Of a stretch of DNA of 64,000 nt, positions 38,451 through 52,811 are shown in pieces. The position numbers and the translations under genes are program-made. Where the stretch lies: positions 30,256,001 to 30,320,000 of the forward strand of contig NC_092352.1 of assembly GCF_963676685.1 (NCBI RefSeq), written 5' to 3'. This stretch comes from Mytilus edulis (taxonomy: Eukaryota). Position 1 is the stretch's first letter; each line of letters opens with the position of its first letter. The notes under the pieces are model-generated. The model was not told the origin of the DNA. It worked only from the letters and a program-made list of their open reading frames with translations, and searched no databases.

Positions 38451-41336
38451 ATCATGTTAATATAATGGAATTTTGTGAAACTGTCATACAAGTGAGAGGT
38501 TCAGCTAGCTATAAAACAAGGTTTAATCCACCATTTTCCACACAAAAAATATCTGTACCAAGACAGGAATATGGTGGTTGTTATCCATTTATTTGATGTG
38601 TTTGAGCTTGTAATTTTGAAATTTGCTTAGCAAAATTCTTTTTTATTGAACTTTCCTCAGTATTTTTTTAATTTTACTTTTTTCCAACACTAGATTCTTT
38701 CTTAGAATTCTTTCATTGTCCTAAAACTATTAGATTGATATGGGTTGATGAATATAAATGAACAACACAGTTTAAAATGTAGAGTATAATTAAAAAAATA
38801 ATTCTATCACAGAAGTTCAAATACATAAGCAACAAAATAACAATTGTTCATGAAGGCACAAAAGTAATCACAGAATATGTTTTTATAACTCATTGTTGTT
38901 GTAGGTTACTACATACATGTACCCCCCTAGAAAATAGAAATGCAGATCTTATAATTTTCAATCAAATAAGTTTTGCTCCCTAAAATCTTGATGGTTCTGG
39001 TTAACATTTATAATATTTTAATAATTCATTTCAATAAACATTTCAATAACTTATTTGAAGGGTACTATATAAACCATGTTTTCTTGAAATCTTTTTAAAC
39101 TATCCAACAATGAAAATGTGCTTTTCATTCATAAATAAATTAATTTGACTGCTTTTGTGGCTATTTAAAAAAAAAAAGTTATAAAATAATCATGACATCA
39201 TGGATCTTAATCCATAGGGTGTTGTAGTAACAACTGAAGTCAACCACAATTAATTAACAACAATGACAATATGTCAGCACTGAGCAACCAATACAACAAA
39301 TTCATTTCATTAAAACATATACCAATCATTTACCCAAAATGAAGGAACAAAGCATGATATAACCAAGTAAATCTTTATAATAAATAGATGGATAATTTCA
39401 AATTTATATAACTACAGCAAAAGTTATTCAACTGATTCTTATGTATTTCCTTTCCTTAAAGCATATATATTTTAAAATATTTTCAACAGAACATTATTAA
39501 AATATATAATAGCTCTTGTATCTAAGTAAAATGACAGGACATTAACAATATGTGGTAAGAAATCTAGTAAATCTAGTAATCTTATAAATAAATCCATGGT
39601 TAAGTCTTTTCACTGAAAACACACCTTGAGTTAAGAAGGAATCTAAAAGTTTAGCAAGCATGATAAACTGACTTTTTAGTTGTCACTCAAAATAAGCACT
39701 TCCTAGGTTTATCATGTTTGAACAGATGTATTATCAATGAAGCAGGAAAGCAGTACAGAAATTTCAGTGCCAGTAAAAATGATGGGGGAAAAATCTGTTT
39801 TATTACTGTACAAACAAAGGTCAGTAAAGGAAATGACTTTTTTCCATGCATATCTAATTCTTAGGATAAGATGTTAAAAATCATTTAAATGACACTAAGT
39901 AGGCTATCAAAAATCTTGACTTGACAACCATACAAGTGTAGCACCATTGCTATGCCCAATCAAAAACATTTTAGATAATTGATAAAATACCTGACAGGGA
40001 AATATCAATGAATTTTGTCTCCCAAATCCTTCATATGTTTATAATCGTTTCTGAAACTACACACATGCACTAATCAAATTTGAGTTCCTACTGCAAAAAT
40101 CCTTTAGTTATGATTTAAAAATATTTACTTTGCGACAGAATCACTTCAAATAAATCTTGCTGCAAATGCTAAAAGGAATCTAGATCTGTAAAATGAATCG
40201 TAAAAATGCTTGTAGTTTAAGGCACTATCACAACTTTTTGTTCCAGTTTTCATCGGAATATAATATAATACATTCTAAACAAACCAATGCAAATTGCTGC
40301 AATGACTCAATAAACATTTTTTACTTATATTTGGCCTATATTGTATAGCACTATACAAAGTACATGTAAAATATTCTTACTCCCTCAAATTACTGTTTTA
40401 TAAATTGCACAACATATAAAAAATTAGCAAATAAGCATAACAAATATACATCACATTTGGGCACATTATGCAATCGTGATTCAGTCTGGAAAGTTTGACA
40501 ATAATTTTGAAGGTTACAAATATCCATTTTTAAACAAAAATGAAACAATACTTATAATTCAGTATGTTATAGTGAAATCATTTAACACATTAACAAGTAA
40601 AAATAGCGTAACTAGATTAACTGATAGTTGTCTGCTTAATATTTACTAGCAACCAACACACTCTGGACAAGCTTATGTAGTATTTACCATAGTTTACCTA
40701 ACCGTGGTAATTCAAAACAACAATGCTTTCAGAAAACTTTAATTAGACTACCAATAAACCCATTTGTATTCATATTTAGTTCATTGAAATTACAAATAGA
40801 AAATAAAAGGTGTAGCTCCATCTTAACATTTTTTTTAAACTCAAGAATAATAATATATTCTGATAACAAGAATACAACAATGTTTAAAAAATATAGGCAC
40901 TTAATAAAACTGCTTACTCTAAATCAATCTTAAATAATGTATAAAATTAACAAATTAAGAGCATCTTATCACAATTTTTCCCATTGCAATGTATAACAAT
41001 TCTGAGCTAAATTAGTATGTGCAAAATATTTAACAGTGTTTGTTACCAATTTTTTTCAAGTCTTCCTTTATACATGTACCACTTTTTTTTTTACTTTTTT
41101 ACCACTAAGGCTTTGTACCACTGATTTCATTTTATGTATATTTTCAAAAAGGTGATGTATTAACATTTTTTGGGAGAGGATCTCAGGTTTTGAGTGTTTC
41201 TTTTGGTTTTCAACACTGTTCAGTTTGAATTATCTCCCTTATCAAAGGTCATTGCTTCTTTTCTTCACTACATATACAGAAAGTTGAATTCTTTTTTGGC
41301 TTCTTTTATGAAATGGAATGTTTTTCTTTTTATTAA

Positions 41337-41609
41337 GGTGGTACCTAACACTACAGGGAGATAGCTCTGTAAAGTCAGCTAAACGTTTTAATTACATTGT
41401 GTTGTAAAGGGAATTATAAGCTTCTCAAAGATCAAAATTGGTGTTTGTCAAACTGCTATATAACCAGTGTAATTTTTCTGACAAAACGGTTGGTTCAAAA
41501 CTTTTGAAATTTTTATATTTTTGTTTAAAGGTCAAAGTAAATACTTTGTCAAAATTTTATCAAAATTAAACGAGCCAAATTAATTTTAGTGAAAGTGTTA
41601 GGTACCACC
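41337..41609. mobile_element. MITE with TTAA target duplication (Kolobok-like)
   Basis: ttaa|ggtggtacctaacact ... agtgttaggtaccacc|ttaa. Confidence 0.75.
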
Positions 41610-42032
41610 TTAACAAGCAAAACTTAATTAAAGAAACAGAAATAATAATATTGTTGAAATTTTCTTTGACAATGTTGTTATTTACGGTATTTTAAAATTT
41701 TATTCATTAATTTCCTAGAATAATTTAAGGCAAACAATATTTAGTTTTGAAAATACCACTTAATTTAAGTAGATAGAAACATCATTGCTAACTGTATAAA
41801 ATCTAATGAAATCAATCTGAGAACTCTGCTGAAAATCAACAATATTACATCTGAAAATCTGAGTTGTGCACAAATACTAATGCATTTACTCTCACTTCAA
41901 TAGAACTTACTCACTAATAAAGCATGACTATAAATAAATAAATTGTTGCACATCCATTAAACATTATTTTTGCTTTTTATTTTGCCATTTTTTCATGATA
42001 TGATACAAAACCATTCAAACAGCTTGATTAAA

Positions 42033-43662
42033 TTATGAAACAGTTTTTGGCCTTTCTTTAATACTAGTACTTGATTTTGCCCTCGCTAGCCATGCTGCTT
42101 TTCTTTTTCTTTCGAGTTCCCCTTCTTCTTTTCTACGTTTTTCGAGATTACTTTTTTCTATTGAGTCCACAAAACCTTTTTCTTGTTCATAAGTCCTAAG
42201 TTCAAATTTAACATGACTCCTTAAAGGATCACTAAATTGTCCTACTCTTCCACCTAAACTGGATTCACTTCGTGTTCTTAGAATATCATGACCTAAAGCC
42301 TTTCGCTTTTCTTGCAATAATTGAGCAAGTTTTTCTTTCATGTCTGGGGGATACATACACATTGGAACAATGTTTGTTTCATAAGCTGTAGAGGAGATTC
42401 CTTCATGCCTCTTAGGAGGGGATACTCCAGGCATTGCTGGACTTATAGTTGATGGTACAGAAAAACATGTACCTGGACGTCTGAGGGAAGGTGCTGTGAT
42501 AGGTCTACCTTTCTCTTCCTCAGGAGGGGGATGTCGACGAGAAGCTGAGGCAGATACAGGTCTAATAACCCTTCCATTTGGTACAGTCTTTTTGGTAGTT
42601 TTCTGATGGAGACTTGTCCTGACCTTGACCTTTGTAGGTATGACATCACATTGTGTGGCATAAACTTCTTTATCAGGTCCATGCAATGTCACACCTTCTT
42701 TACTCTTTTTAGACTTATGTGACTTTGCCTCTGAGAATTCTGAGACACTTTTTGTATCCATCTCTTCTGTTTTAGGCATTAGTCTATCAAGTCCCATCTC
42801 TTCCACAGGAACCTTAGTTCTAGGATCAATTTTACTTGGTGATGAAGACGGACGTTTCTTCAATTCTTTCAATCTCAAACTTAAATCTCTAATATTTTTG
42901 TTGGTGTTGGCAGATAGTTCAGATGGTTGCATTGAACTTTGTATTGCATTGACAGTTAAATATATAAAATCTGGTGGAACAATACTTTCAGCTTTCATTC
43001 TAATTTGTGACCTGAGAATTGCTTTTGTTTCTGATAATGACACATCCTTAGACTTAGGAATAAGAGGTTTATCGAATGCCCATGAAACACGCCTCCTAAT
43101 CATTGATGGATGAGGCTCGATCTCATCTTCCTCATCTTCGTCAATATCATGTTTGTCTGTTGCTATGACAACACTGTATTCTGACTTGGGTCTGGTTTTA
43201 GGGAATGGAGGATGAAGAGGTGCTGAATGGACAGATTTTTTAGACGACAGGACAGAACTTGCCATTCTGGATTCCATCCTTATTGGTGTTGTTCCACTTT
43301 CATACCCAGATTCAGCATATTGCTGTGTTTGAATCATTTTAGCACTATGCATACTACGTTTACTAAGACTTTTGGCACTATGAGGCAGTTGTGGAGCTCT
43401 GAATCGAGTTTGTGGGAAACCTTCATATATATAGTCTGATGAGGCTTTGGCATGTCCACGCTGGAGAATTTTTGTATTAGTTGCGCCAGCTTTTTGCATT
43501 CTACAGGCACGTATATACGAATATTCCCTATGACGCATAGGTGCATCAGAATATGAGCTATATGGAACTAAAGACGGTACTTTGTCAGACTCTAAAGTGT
43601 AATCCCAGTTAGGGGGGTCAAAACTTAGCACCAATAAATTCTTGTCTGTGTTTAAGGTTATT
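42033..43662 (-). CDS. FBXW10: FBXW10/CDRT1-like F-box/WD40 protein, last coding exon (end of WD40 plus basic disordered tail)
   Basis: Acceptor tttcag at 43663. RITLNTDKNLLVLSF..PNWDY resembles the post-WD segment of FBXW10. 533-aa open frame. Confidence 0.85.
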
Positions 43663-43722
43663 CTGAAATAAAAGAAAGTTTAAAAATATAACATTCACAA
43701 ACAAATTAGTTTCTATCTTTAA

Positions 43723-44169
43723 TAGAATGAAATTCAAAACAGTGTGGCTGTGGCCATTGATTGACACATTAAATTCATCCATTGACTAGGACAATTTAGG
43801 TGAACGTTTGTATGTAACGACCAATGCTCACTATGTACTATTTAAAGACACTTAAACTATGGGGTCACCAAAGGTTCTCAACACCTTAATAAAGTAATTC
43901 GAAAAATTAATCAGAAATAACACGATGTTTTGATTTATATCAATTATATAAATCAAAACATAAAGGTTATTCCTGATTAAATTTTCGAATTATTTTATAA
44001 TTAAAGGCGTTAAAAAACCTTTGGTGACCCCACAGTTTAAATGTCTATCGTAGGTACGTCGTGAACAGTGGTCGTTACAGACAAACGTTCACGTAAATTG
44101 TCCCAGTCAACGTATGAATTTAATGTGTCAATCAATGGCCACAGCCACACTGTTTTGAATTTCATTCTA
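43723..44169. mobile_element. Fold-back (whole-length palindromic) MITE with TAG...CTA ends
   Basis: About 215-bp arms: tagaatgaaattcaaaacagtgtggctgtggccattgattgacac... and its reverse complement. Confidence 0.85.
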
Positions 44170-45449
44170 ATATAAATCACATTATTTGAACACAATTTTT
44201 TTTAAATTTTTCTCTATTCCTAAGAGATCTTATTCTATACTGTTGAAAAATGCAAAAATACTGAAAAAAATCATTTTTTTAATCACCAACTGCAGTAAAC
44301 TATAAATAAACTATTTCAGCAAGGATATAATATATTTTTAATTATTTTAATAATCAACAATGCTGGTAATTTTCTTTTATGTATAAAACATCCTTATAAA
44401 CTAATCATTTTAAAATAACTCTGATATGATTTATTCCTTTAAGTATACGTCAAAATTAAATAATTTAAGATTTATAAAATGTATCCATGCAATAACAACC
44501 AACATTCACATTTTCTTAAATATTGATTGGTTTGTATTCAAAAGACATTTCTCCTTAAACTGTTCTAGCACCTGTACAGGAAGTTTTATCTAGCTCTTAT
44601 TGTATAGTTTTATTGTTGATATTCACCCCATATTCACCCCATATGTACCAAGTGTTAGATTAGTCTTATTTATATTACACAACTTTCTTGTTATTCCTAA
44701 TCAGAAGATTTTATGACGAAGTAGTATACTTAATAACAAAGTTATTTTTCATTTACCTGTGTAGAATATGAAACTGGTTTTTTTTCAAAAGTGATGATTT
44801 TCTAAAAATTGTTAAATATTTCACAGTTGTACCCTACCATAGCTTTGTATGAACTTGTTTATTTACTTTTGACCTTAAATATTTGTCCCTAATAGTTTTA
44901 TTAACTATGTATTTGCATTCAGGTATCGCAGATCAAATTTATTCCTTCATAGTGTGTTAATTTACGTTTTTTGATTGAGTTAAGACTTCCAATGGATATT
45001 TTATCGTGTGTTTTTGTATGTTGTAAATTATACTATTGTTTCAGAAAAAGGGAGAAGGTTTGGTACCATTAAAACTTTTAATCCTGCTGCAAATGTTTGC
45101 AATTGTCCTAAGTCAGGAATCTGATGTACAGTAGTTGTCTTTTGTTTATGTAATTCATACATGTTTCTCGTTTCTGGTTTTTTTATATAGATTAGACCGT
45201 TGTTTTTCCTGTTTAAATGGTTTTACACTAGTAATTTTGGGGCCCTTTATAGCTTGTTGTTCAGTGTGAAACAAGGCTCTGTGTTGAAGGCTGTACCTTG
45301 ACCTATAATGGTTTACTTTTATAAATTTTTATTTGGATGAAGAGTTGTCTCATTGGCACTCATACCACATCTTCCTATATCTATATCTATCTATTTAATA
45401 TATTGAAATTTAAGCATTTTTTATATTAAGTCAATTTTCTTGTCATTAC

Positions 45450-45608
45450 CTATCTCCTATAGCAACAATACTTCTGATTGGATCACTCTGACTGTTTCCT
45501 CTCATGATACGACAACATTGTCCAGTTACCATGTTCCATATTCTAAGTCGGCCATCTTTACTTCCAGTTATTACTCGAAGATACATAAAAGCTAAGCAAA
45601 GCACTGCC
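45450..45608 (-). CDS. FBXW10: FBXW10-like exon (WD40: AVLCLAFMYLRVITGSKDGRLRIWN...RGNSQSDPI)
   Basis: AG/GT bounded, 159 nt, phases match neighbouring exons. Confidence 0.88.
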
Positions 45609-46315
45609 CTGAAAGTATACATCATTATATTCTATTAAGGAAAGGGTGAATCAAAGTAATTTCTAGACCAGTAAGTTACATATATACATCTGTTGAATTT
45701 CTTTCAAATGATAATAAATTGACTTATCCCCCTTTGGGTTCAAATCATAATTACATGATTTCTTTAATACATTATTTAAAAGTAATCACATTTACATTAT
45801 ATCATTTAATATCAAATAGTGATAACATTTACATTATTTTCATCCATACATTTTTGCATTGTGATTATATTTACATTATTTTCATCCATACATTCTTGAA
45901 TTGTGATGATTTACCTTATTTTCAAGTATACATTATTAAATAGTGATCACATTTACATCATTTTGGTGAAAACTTAATTTGAGATAGCTGTTAAATTCTT
46001 ACCATAACAAAATTCACATAATGCGACAAAAATATACAAAAACATATTATTGTCATATTCTTTTATGCATTAATTTAGAATTGCTCATATATTTTAAAAG
46101 ACCTGACAACATGTACGACATAAAAATGATGTCAATTCCAAAACTTTTTCAAATATGAACAAATCAAGTGTGATTTAAAAGCAACTTTTTTCTACATTTA
46201 CACAAATCTAAATTGTGATGAGTATCAAAAAGAATTGCTAACATAACTTTTACTTAGTCATTAGTATTGCTTCAATCTGATATGTTTTTGACTTTGTTTA
46301 CAGACTAATACATAC

Positions 46316-46458
46316 TGAGGATGTTTGAGGGCATTAAGAATCCTTTCATGGTTGCCTTGGGTACTGTACACATGGGCATAGCTGTCTTTACTTCCTGTGA
46401 TTATATGCCAACGGTCAAACTTAATGGCAGTTATCTGATCATCATGACCTTTCAAAAT
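46316..46458 (-). CDS. FBXW10: FBXW10-like exon (WD40: LKGHDDQITAIKFDRWHIITGSKD...LKHP)
   Basis: 143 nt, AG/GT bounded, phase 0 to 2. Confidence 0.88.
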
Positions 46459-46645
46459 CTGAAAAAAATAATATAATGTATAAATATTGGCTGTTTAACT
46501 TCACTAAGTTCATATATTAATCAAAGTTTCAGCAACATTTTTGTATATTCAGTTTTAAACATGTATTTTTAATTGTAAGAAGTATACTGGTAATCAATTT
46601 TTATTGTTTCTGCCATCAGTCAGTCAGTTTCCAGTATGAATCAAC

Positions 46646-47062
46646 TTTTTATGCCCAACCTACGTTCGTCTGTTCGTTCGTTCGTCCGACTTCAGGTTAA
46701 AGTTTTCGGTCAAGGTAGTTTTTGATGAAGTTGAAGTCCAATCCACTTGAAACTTAGTACACATGTTCCCCATGATATGATCTTTCTAATTTTAATGCCA
46801 AATTATAGTTTTGATCCCAATTTCATGGTCAACTGAACATAGAAAATGAAAGTGCGAAGTTCAGGTTAAAGTTTTTGGTCAAGGTAGTTTTTGATGAAGT
46901 TAAAGTCACAACTACTTGAAACTTAGTACACATGTTCCCTATGACATGATCTTTCTAATTTTAATTCCAAATTAAAGTTTTCACCCCAATTTCACGGTCC
47001 ACTGAACATGGAAAATTATAGTGCGAGTGGGGCATCCGTGTACTATAGACACATTCTTGTTT
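46646..47062. mobile_element. HINE-like element with two ~170-bp internal repeats
   Basis: TTTTTATGCCC start, (GTTC)n and a GTGGGGCATCCGTGTAC...ACATTCTTGTT end. Confidence 0.7.
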
Positions 47063-47758
47063 TAAAATAATACTATTCTGCTTTTTTGTTTCATTACCTC
47101 AAATACCATCCTCAACAGTTATTACTAGTTTTGGCAATATATAAATTAATGTAGGGGTTCCTTAACTTCTAGTATATATTTGCTGTTTATTCTAAAGTTC
47201 ATACAAAAATTTCCCATCAAAACCCTTAGAATAAATCAAAAGACATCCACTGCTGAGGTTTCTTACTTGGGACAAGTGCAGGAACATAAAGCATATTGGT
47301 TTATTGGTTACAATTCTTTTTCATATTTAACCTAATTTATTAATTTAAATCTTTAAAAAGAGTTAATAGAAATTTAGTTTAAAAAACAATGAACACTATA
47401 ATACCAAAATAACAAACAAAATCACAAGTAATATTACATGTAGAACAGGGAAGTACTGTTGTAGATAATGTGGTCTCAAAAAATGAAGGAATGTTGATAG
47501 TTATTGAAAATATGCTAAAAGTACTTTAAAACTTTTAAAGGTATTTATTAATTTATTTGGAAAATAATCAAAACATCTGCTTTAAAACATACTGTTAAAC
47601 ATCCTGTTAGAAAATGCATACAAATGACACCTAATTAAGACTTGTTCAATACCACATCCTATTACGGAGTATTACTATCGAAGATACAAAATGATCTGTG
47701 TTCACATTTAAAATGCCTATTTTGCTATTGGTGTGAATCTTGCTTAATCACATTAAGT

Positions 47759-48249
47759 AAGAAGAATGTGTCCAAAGTTCAAGGATGCCCCACTCACATT
47801 ATTATTTTCTATGTTCAGTGGAAAATGGAATTGGGATCAAAACTTTAACTTGGCATTAAAATTAGAAAGATAATACCATAATGAACATGTGTACTTAGTT
47901 TCAAGTCGATTGGACTTCAACTCCATCAAAAACTACCTTGATCAATGACTTTAACCTGAAACTTTAACCTGAAGCAGGACAAACAGACAGACGACTATTA
48001 TTTTCTATGTTCAGTGGACCATGAAATTGGTGTCAACACTCTAATTTGGCATTAAGATTAGAAAGATCATAGCATAGGAAACATTTGAAATTTCGTTTAA
48101 GTTGATTGGACTTAAACGTCATCAAAAACTACCTTGACCAATAACTTTAACCTGAAGTGGGACAGACAGCGAGCAGATGGACGAACAAATGGACACACAG
48201 ACCAGAAAACATAATTCCTCTCTAGTATGGTAGGTGGGGCATAAAAAAA
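47759..48249. mobile_element. Same HINE-like family in the opposite orientation
   Basis: aagaatgtgtcc..ggatgccccact ... gtggggcataaaaaa is the reverse complement of the family at 46646-47062. Confidence 0.7.
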
Positions 48250-48299
48250 CCTCTAAAAATAGCCGATAGACTAGTATTGACTATCCCTGTACTACTAAC

Positions 48300-48448
48300 C
48301 TTGATAAGTTCTGCTGATTTAAGATCCCAGACCTTGACTAAACCATCTTCACAGCCTGTGATAACCATCTCCTCTGACATAGCACAAGCTGATACTGGAC
48401 TACGATGTTTCAAGTTAGATATACATTTCCCTGTCTGCATATTCCATA
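48300..48448 (-). CDS. FBXW10: FBXW10-like exon (WD40: WNMQTGKC...TGCEDGLVKVWDLKSAELIK)
   Basis: 149 nt, AG/GT bounded, phase 1 to 0. Confidence 0.88.
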
Positions 48449-50351
48449 CTGAAATATTAAAATACAATATACTTACTGAATGGAAAAAAAGATTTTTTTA
48501 GGACAATGGTCTCAGTACAAACATGACAAAGGAACAATGAAATAAGACAGATTATTGTCATAATGTCTCCTATCATTGGAAACTTTTGTATTTTTCTTTC
48601 AAAGTTAAAGGGGAATAACTACTATTAAATGTTGACAACACATCTTAAAACTTCTTAAAACTTGGTATGGTCGATATTGAACTGATGCATATGTATAAGA
48701 TTGTATATGCCTTGAAGACCTTGTTTGATAATAATAAGCTTCAGTACTACATGATGTGGGGAATGGTAGATATTGGCCATTTCCTACATATGCGTATGTA
48801 ATTTTAATAGAGGACCTTCATGTCATCATCTTATAATTGTAAAGAGTTCAAGAAAAAGTAACCAAATAAATCACAGCAATAATCAGATGTTATCATCTAA
48901 TGCCGTCAACATCAAACGAATCTCTCTCATTTAAACCTACTGCACACAGATAATTTGTACTTTTTTACGAATAGTTATACAATGTATTTTGATAACAAAT
49001 CTGACACCAGTCACCTACTATACACAGACTTCAATTATTTATGTATATTCAATTGTTTACTTATATTTTAAAACCATACAGCTTTTTCATAATATTAAGA
49101 AAGACCTCATGAAAACATTATATGATAAATCTATACATTGGTAACAACAATATTTGCAAACATGTAAGTGCCATATGTATTGGTCATATAAAAAGTTATC
49201 TGAGTAATTGGTTCTCAAGTTGATGTTAAGAAAAAGAAATGGATAGTCATTTTGAAAGACCAACTCTTCACAACGGTTCCTTAACAAAAGTAAACAGACT
49301 TGATTGATTCAAATCTTAACTGACATTCTAAAGAACTATGTTTTATCCTTTTTATCTCCTGGAAATGTTTTAGTTAAAAAGAGTAGTTAAGAAGTGATAT
49401 CTTACATGGTATTGATTTTCTTTTATTTCAAGTATTGACTTTAAAACTCTCATTTTCAAAAATAAATAGACTTTGAACATAAATATGTGTTTTTGCATAT
49501 AGGGATTAATTCTTATTCTAATTGAGACTTAATCTTCAGTGAAATGTATAGAATTGTTTTTTTTCTTATTATGATGAGTTGTTTGCACACCTAATGCACT
49601 GAGCTTAATAGCAATTTACTTTCCGTTTTCAATCAATTTTTAAGAACACTATTATACAGCTTTAGTATACATGGGTTTAAATCTATATTGGTTTTCCATG
49701 TAAAATCATTTATAAAAGTTTACAAAAACTTGATCCTTCTTACGTAAATTGAAATTATTTTTGTTGTAGACAAAAATTTAGATTGGAACATGGAAGTGAC
49801 AATTATCTTTAATAGGAAAACTTTAGATTAAATGCTGCAAAACCTTGTTGAAATATATACTAGTAGATCCATCTACATGGCTTGCTTGTAACGTTCTCAC
49901 AACCCTCAAATCAAACTATCAGGTCAACCATTGAAATTCTTTCCCTCTAAATTTTGAAGGTGTGCGTCATTACAACAAAACCTGATAGTTCTCACAAAGG
50001 TCGTCTCACAAAGGTTGTCAGGCAGTTAAACAGAGCATTGACAGATCTTTGCAGATGATGAATCCAGTGTTCAAATCAGACTGAATGAAGTAACAATGGA
50101 AACAAACATAATGAAATGTCTGGTACGTTTCAAAAAGACATGTCACAGAACCTCAACAACATAACAAAAGCTATTGCCATTTCTTATCATTTTCACATGG
50201 AAATATTTATGCCAGTTAGTTAAATTTTATCCCTACAACTGTTTTTCTTAATAATGAAGAAAAGAATACCCAACACATCCATGAGGTTGCCTAGTTTAAA
50301 CTAATTAAAACTCAATAAATAAATCTCTATCAAAATTAAATTAAAACTTAC

Positions 50352-50473
50352 TTTTACAAGCACCATCTTTAGAACCTGAACACAGAAGGTTTTCTACAAC
50401 TTCAATACACAATACTGTATCTCTATGTCCACGGAATATCTTCTGACATTTCCCGTCTTTTGTGCTCCATTTC
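50352..50473 (-). CDS. FBXW10: FBXW10-like exon (WD40: KWSTKDGKCQKIFRGHRDTVLC...SGSKDGACK)
   Basis: 122 nt, AG/GTAAGT bounded, phase 2 to 1. Confidence 0.88.
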
Positions 50474-51124
50474 CTGTTATAGAAATTGGCCTTATTAAAG
50501 AATTACAAATAACATTTGGTATTCAAAAGTGTTTTTGAGAATTTGAAATGTTCAGCATTCAAAATTAAAATGTTTACTACTTCCGTTCTATCTGTTTGTT
50601 TAATGAACTATTTGATATATCATGCTATGAACAATTTGAGCTAACAACTGAATACAATCTAAAAAAAAATATGTTCATGAATCAGAACAACTTCTTGCTA
50701 AAATGCTTGCTAAAAGTGTAAAGTCAATATTTAAAAACTGGCAAAACTATTTTCTGTCTTGTTTCATTCATTCATCTTGAATGTTCTTAACCTGTATCAT
50801 TACAATCATCTTAAAACTTATCAAAACTGCAATTCGTTTGCAATTCTTAAATTTGACTCCAGATCTTTTGTGATAGTCAATAAAAAAAAATGTTTTTTAA
50901 ACAACAACCCTTAAACTTTGTTTTTCTACCCACCAACTGATAGTTAAATAAATAAAGACAACATGACTAAAATTCAATAATCTAAATAAATTCTTGAATA
51001 ATTACCACAGTGTTAAATACTAGACAACTCTTTAGTTGTTTATAGGACTGTCTATCATTCAAACAATATTATCAACTAAAGCATAGATCCCTGACTTCAA
51101 TGAATAAACAAAATAATAACATAC

Positions 51125-51328
51125 CGTATACTTGTATCATAGCTCCCACTAAGTACATAATTTTCTTCTTCATTAAGATGGACACATTTTATACTGCCAG
51201 CATGCCCTGATATCTTAAGATCTAATTCTGCTCTGTTTTCCATTTCAATAAATCTTAGCTTTCTATCTTTAGAACCAGTAACAATTAAATTTCCTCCATC
51301 TGTATGGAACACTCGATGACCATCATCT
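51125..51328 (-). CDS. FBXW10: FBXW10-like exon (WD40: GHAGSIKC...LSGSYDTSIR)
   Basis: 204 nt, AG/GT bounded, phase 2 to 2. Confidence 0.88.
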
Positions 51329-51505
51329 CTGGAGAGAGAAAAAAGAAACACATAAATTTTCTGAAAGAATTTGCCATATCATAATCCAATGCATTCTGGG
51401 CAATATTTAAAAAAATATAAAAAATTAAAAATTAACAAATTATTGCTTTTAATCAAAGACATTATTCATTCTTCAACAGATTTAAGATATTCAATACAAA
51501 CTTAC

Positions 51506-51744
51506 AATTTTAACATAATCTGTACATAGTAAGATCCACAGAAGACATTCCTTTCTTCAATGATAGCGTTCCGTACAGATATACCACTGTATCCTGTCTC
51601 AAAGGTCATCATTGTCTTATAGTCAGGATGGTAGGTTACTTCACCATTTGTTTTGATTACCTCCCTTGTACCGGGATACAGATTAGGAACCAGTACATCA
51701 ATATCCTTTGCATATTCATGATTAACACCTTGAGCAGAGGCACC
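51506..51744 (-). CDS. FBXW10: FBXW10-like exon (GASAQGVNHEYA...IEERNVFCGSY)
   Basis: EERNVFCG is a motif I recognise from FBXW10/CDRT1. 239 nt, AG/GTAAGT bounded. Confidence 0.88.
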
Positions 51745-52811
51745 CTAGGAATAATAAAATGTCTTAGAGTTAATGTATATGAAAACAGTTAGCAACACAG
51801 TTAAACTAGAAAAAATCATTCCTTAGTCTATTTTAATTTTAATATATGCAATTCAAACTTATTTAGTTCAAATATTATCATCTATTAATGCCTTGATAAC
51901 ATAACTTAAGAAATATAAACATATGATTACAATTTCAGTAGGTATAGAAACAATTTGTTTATGCATGCAACACTGAATTTCCCAGCACCACTATAAATAA
52001 GTAAAAAGAACAAAAATCTAACATAGCCAACACCTATACAATCATTAGTTGCTAACATCTATATCATTTTGGTCTATGGTGGAAAGTTGTCTCATCGGCA
52101 ATCATACCACTCACATCTTCTTATTTTCATAATAAACGCATGGGACAATCAAATTAATCATATTATGAGTAATAAAGGAATAACATTATGAACTAAGTCT
52201 AAAAAAAATCCTATTCCCTATACCTTTATAAAGTAATTCTGACCTATTTTTATCAATTTCTGAAAAATCATGCTTTACTGATTCTACTATTAGAAGAAGA
52301 AAATAATAATAAAGAAAACTATTTCCAATTGAAATTGAAATTCTAAATAACTAAATCTGTACTCCTATCCCTATTAACCAACATCCCTTTATTCTCACCT
52401 TCCAACTTTCACTATCAACAACTGCCCCTACTCCAAATCCCTAGAATTTTGTCAAAATCACCATAACGCTTCATATATTTTCAATTTTATAAAGAAATCT
52501 TTAAGTTCTTAACTATCATAACTATTTGCATAATCTCTTTGAGTATTCTATTATAACATTGTAGAAACAAGATTAAATGACCATAGCACATAAATATACC
52601 CCTAAAATGATGAAGAGCAGTTATGTAACAGATTATCTTTCTTATTAATACTTTCTAGCTTGATCAAAACTGTTAACACACAGATAATCCAAATTCAAAG
52701 CTTGGACAAAAATAGTTTGGGACAAAAATAGTTTGGCTCACTGTACTGAGGCCAATAAAAACACTTTTTTGTACCATTTACATGTACTTTCATCTTCATT
52801 TTGCAATTTAC

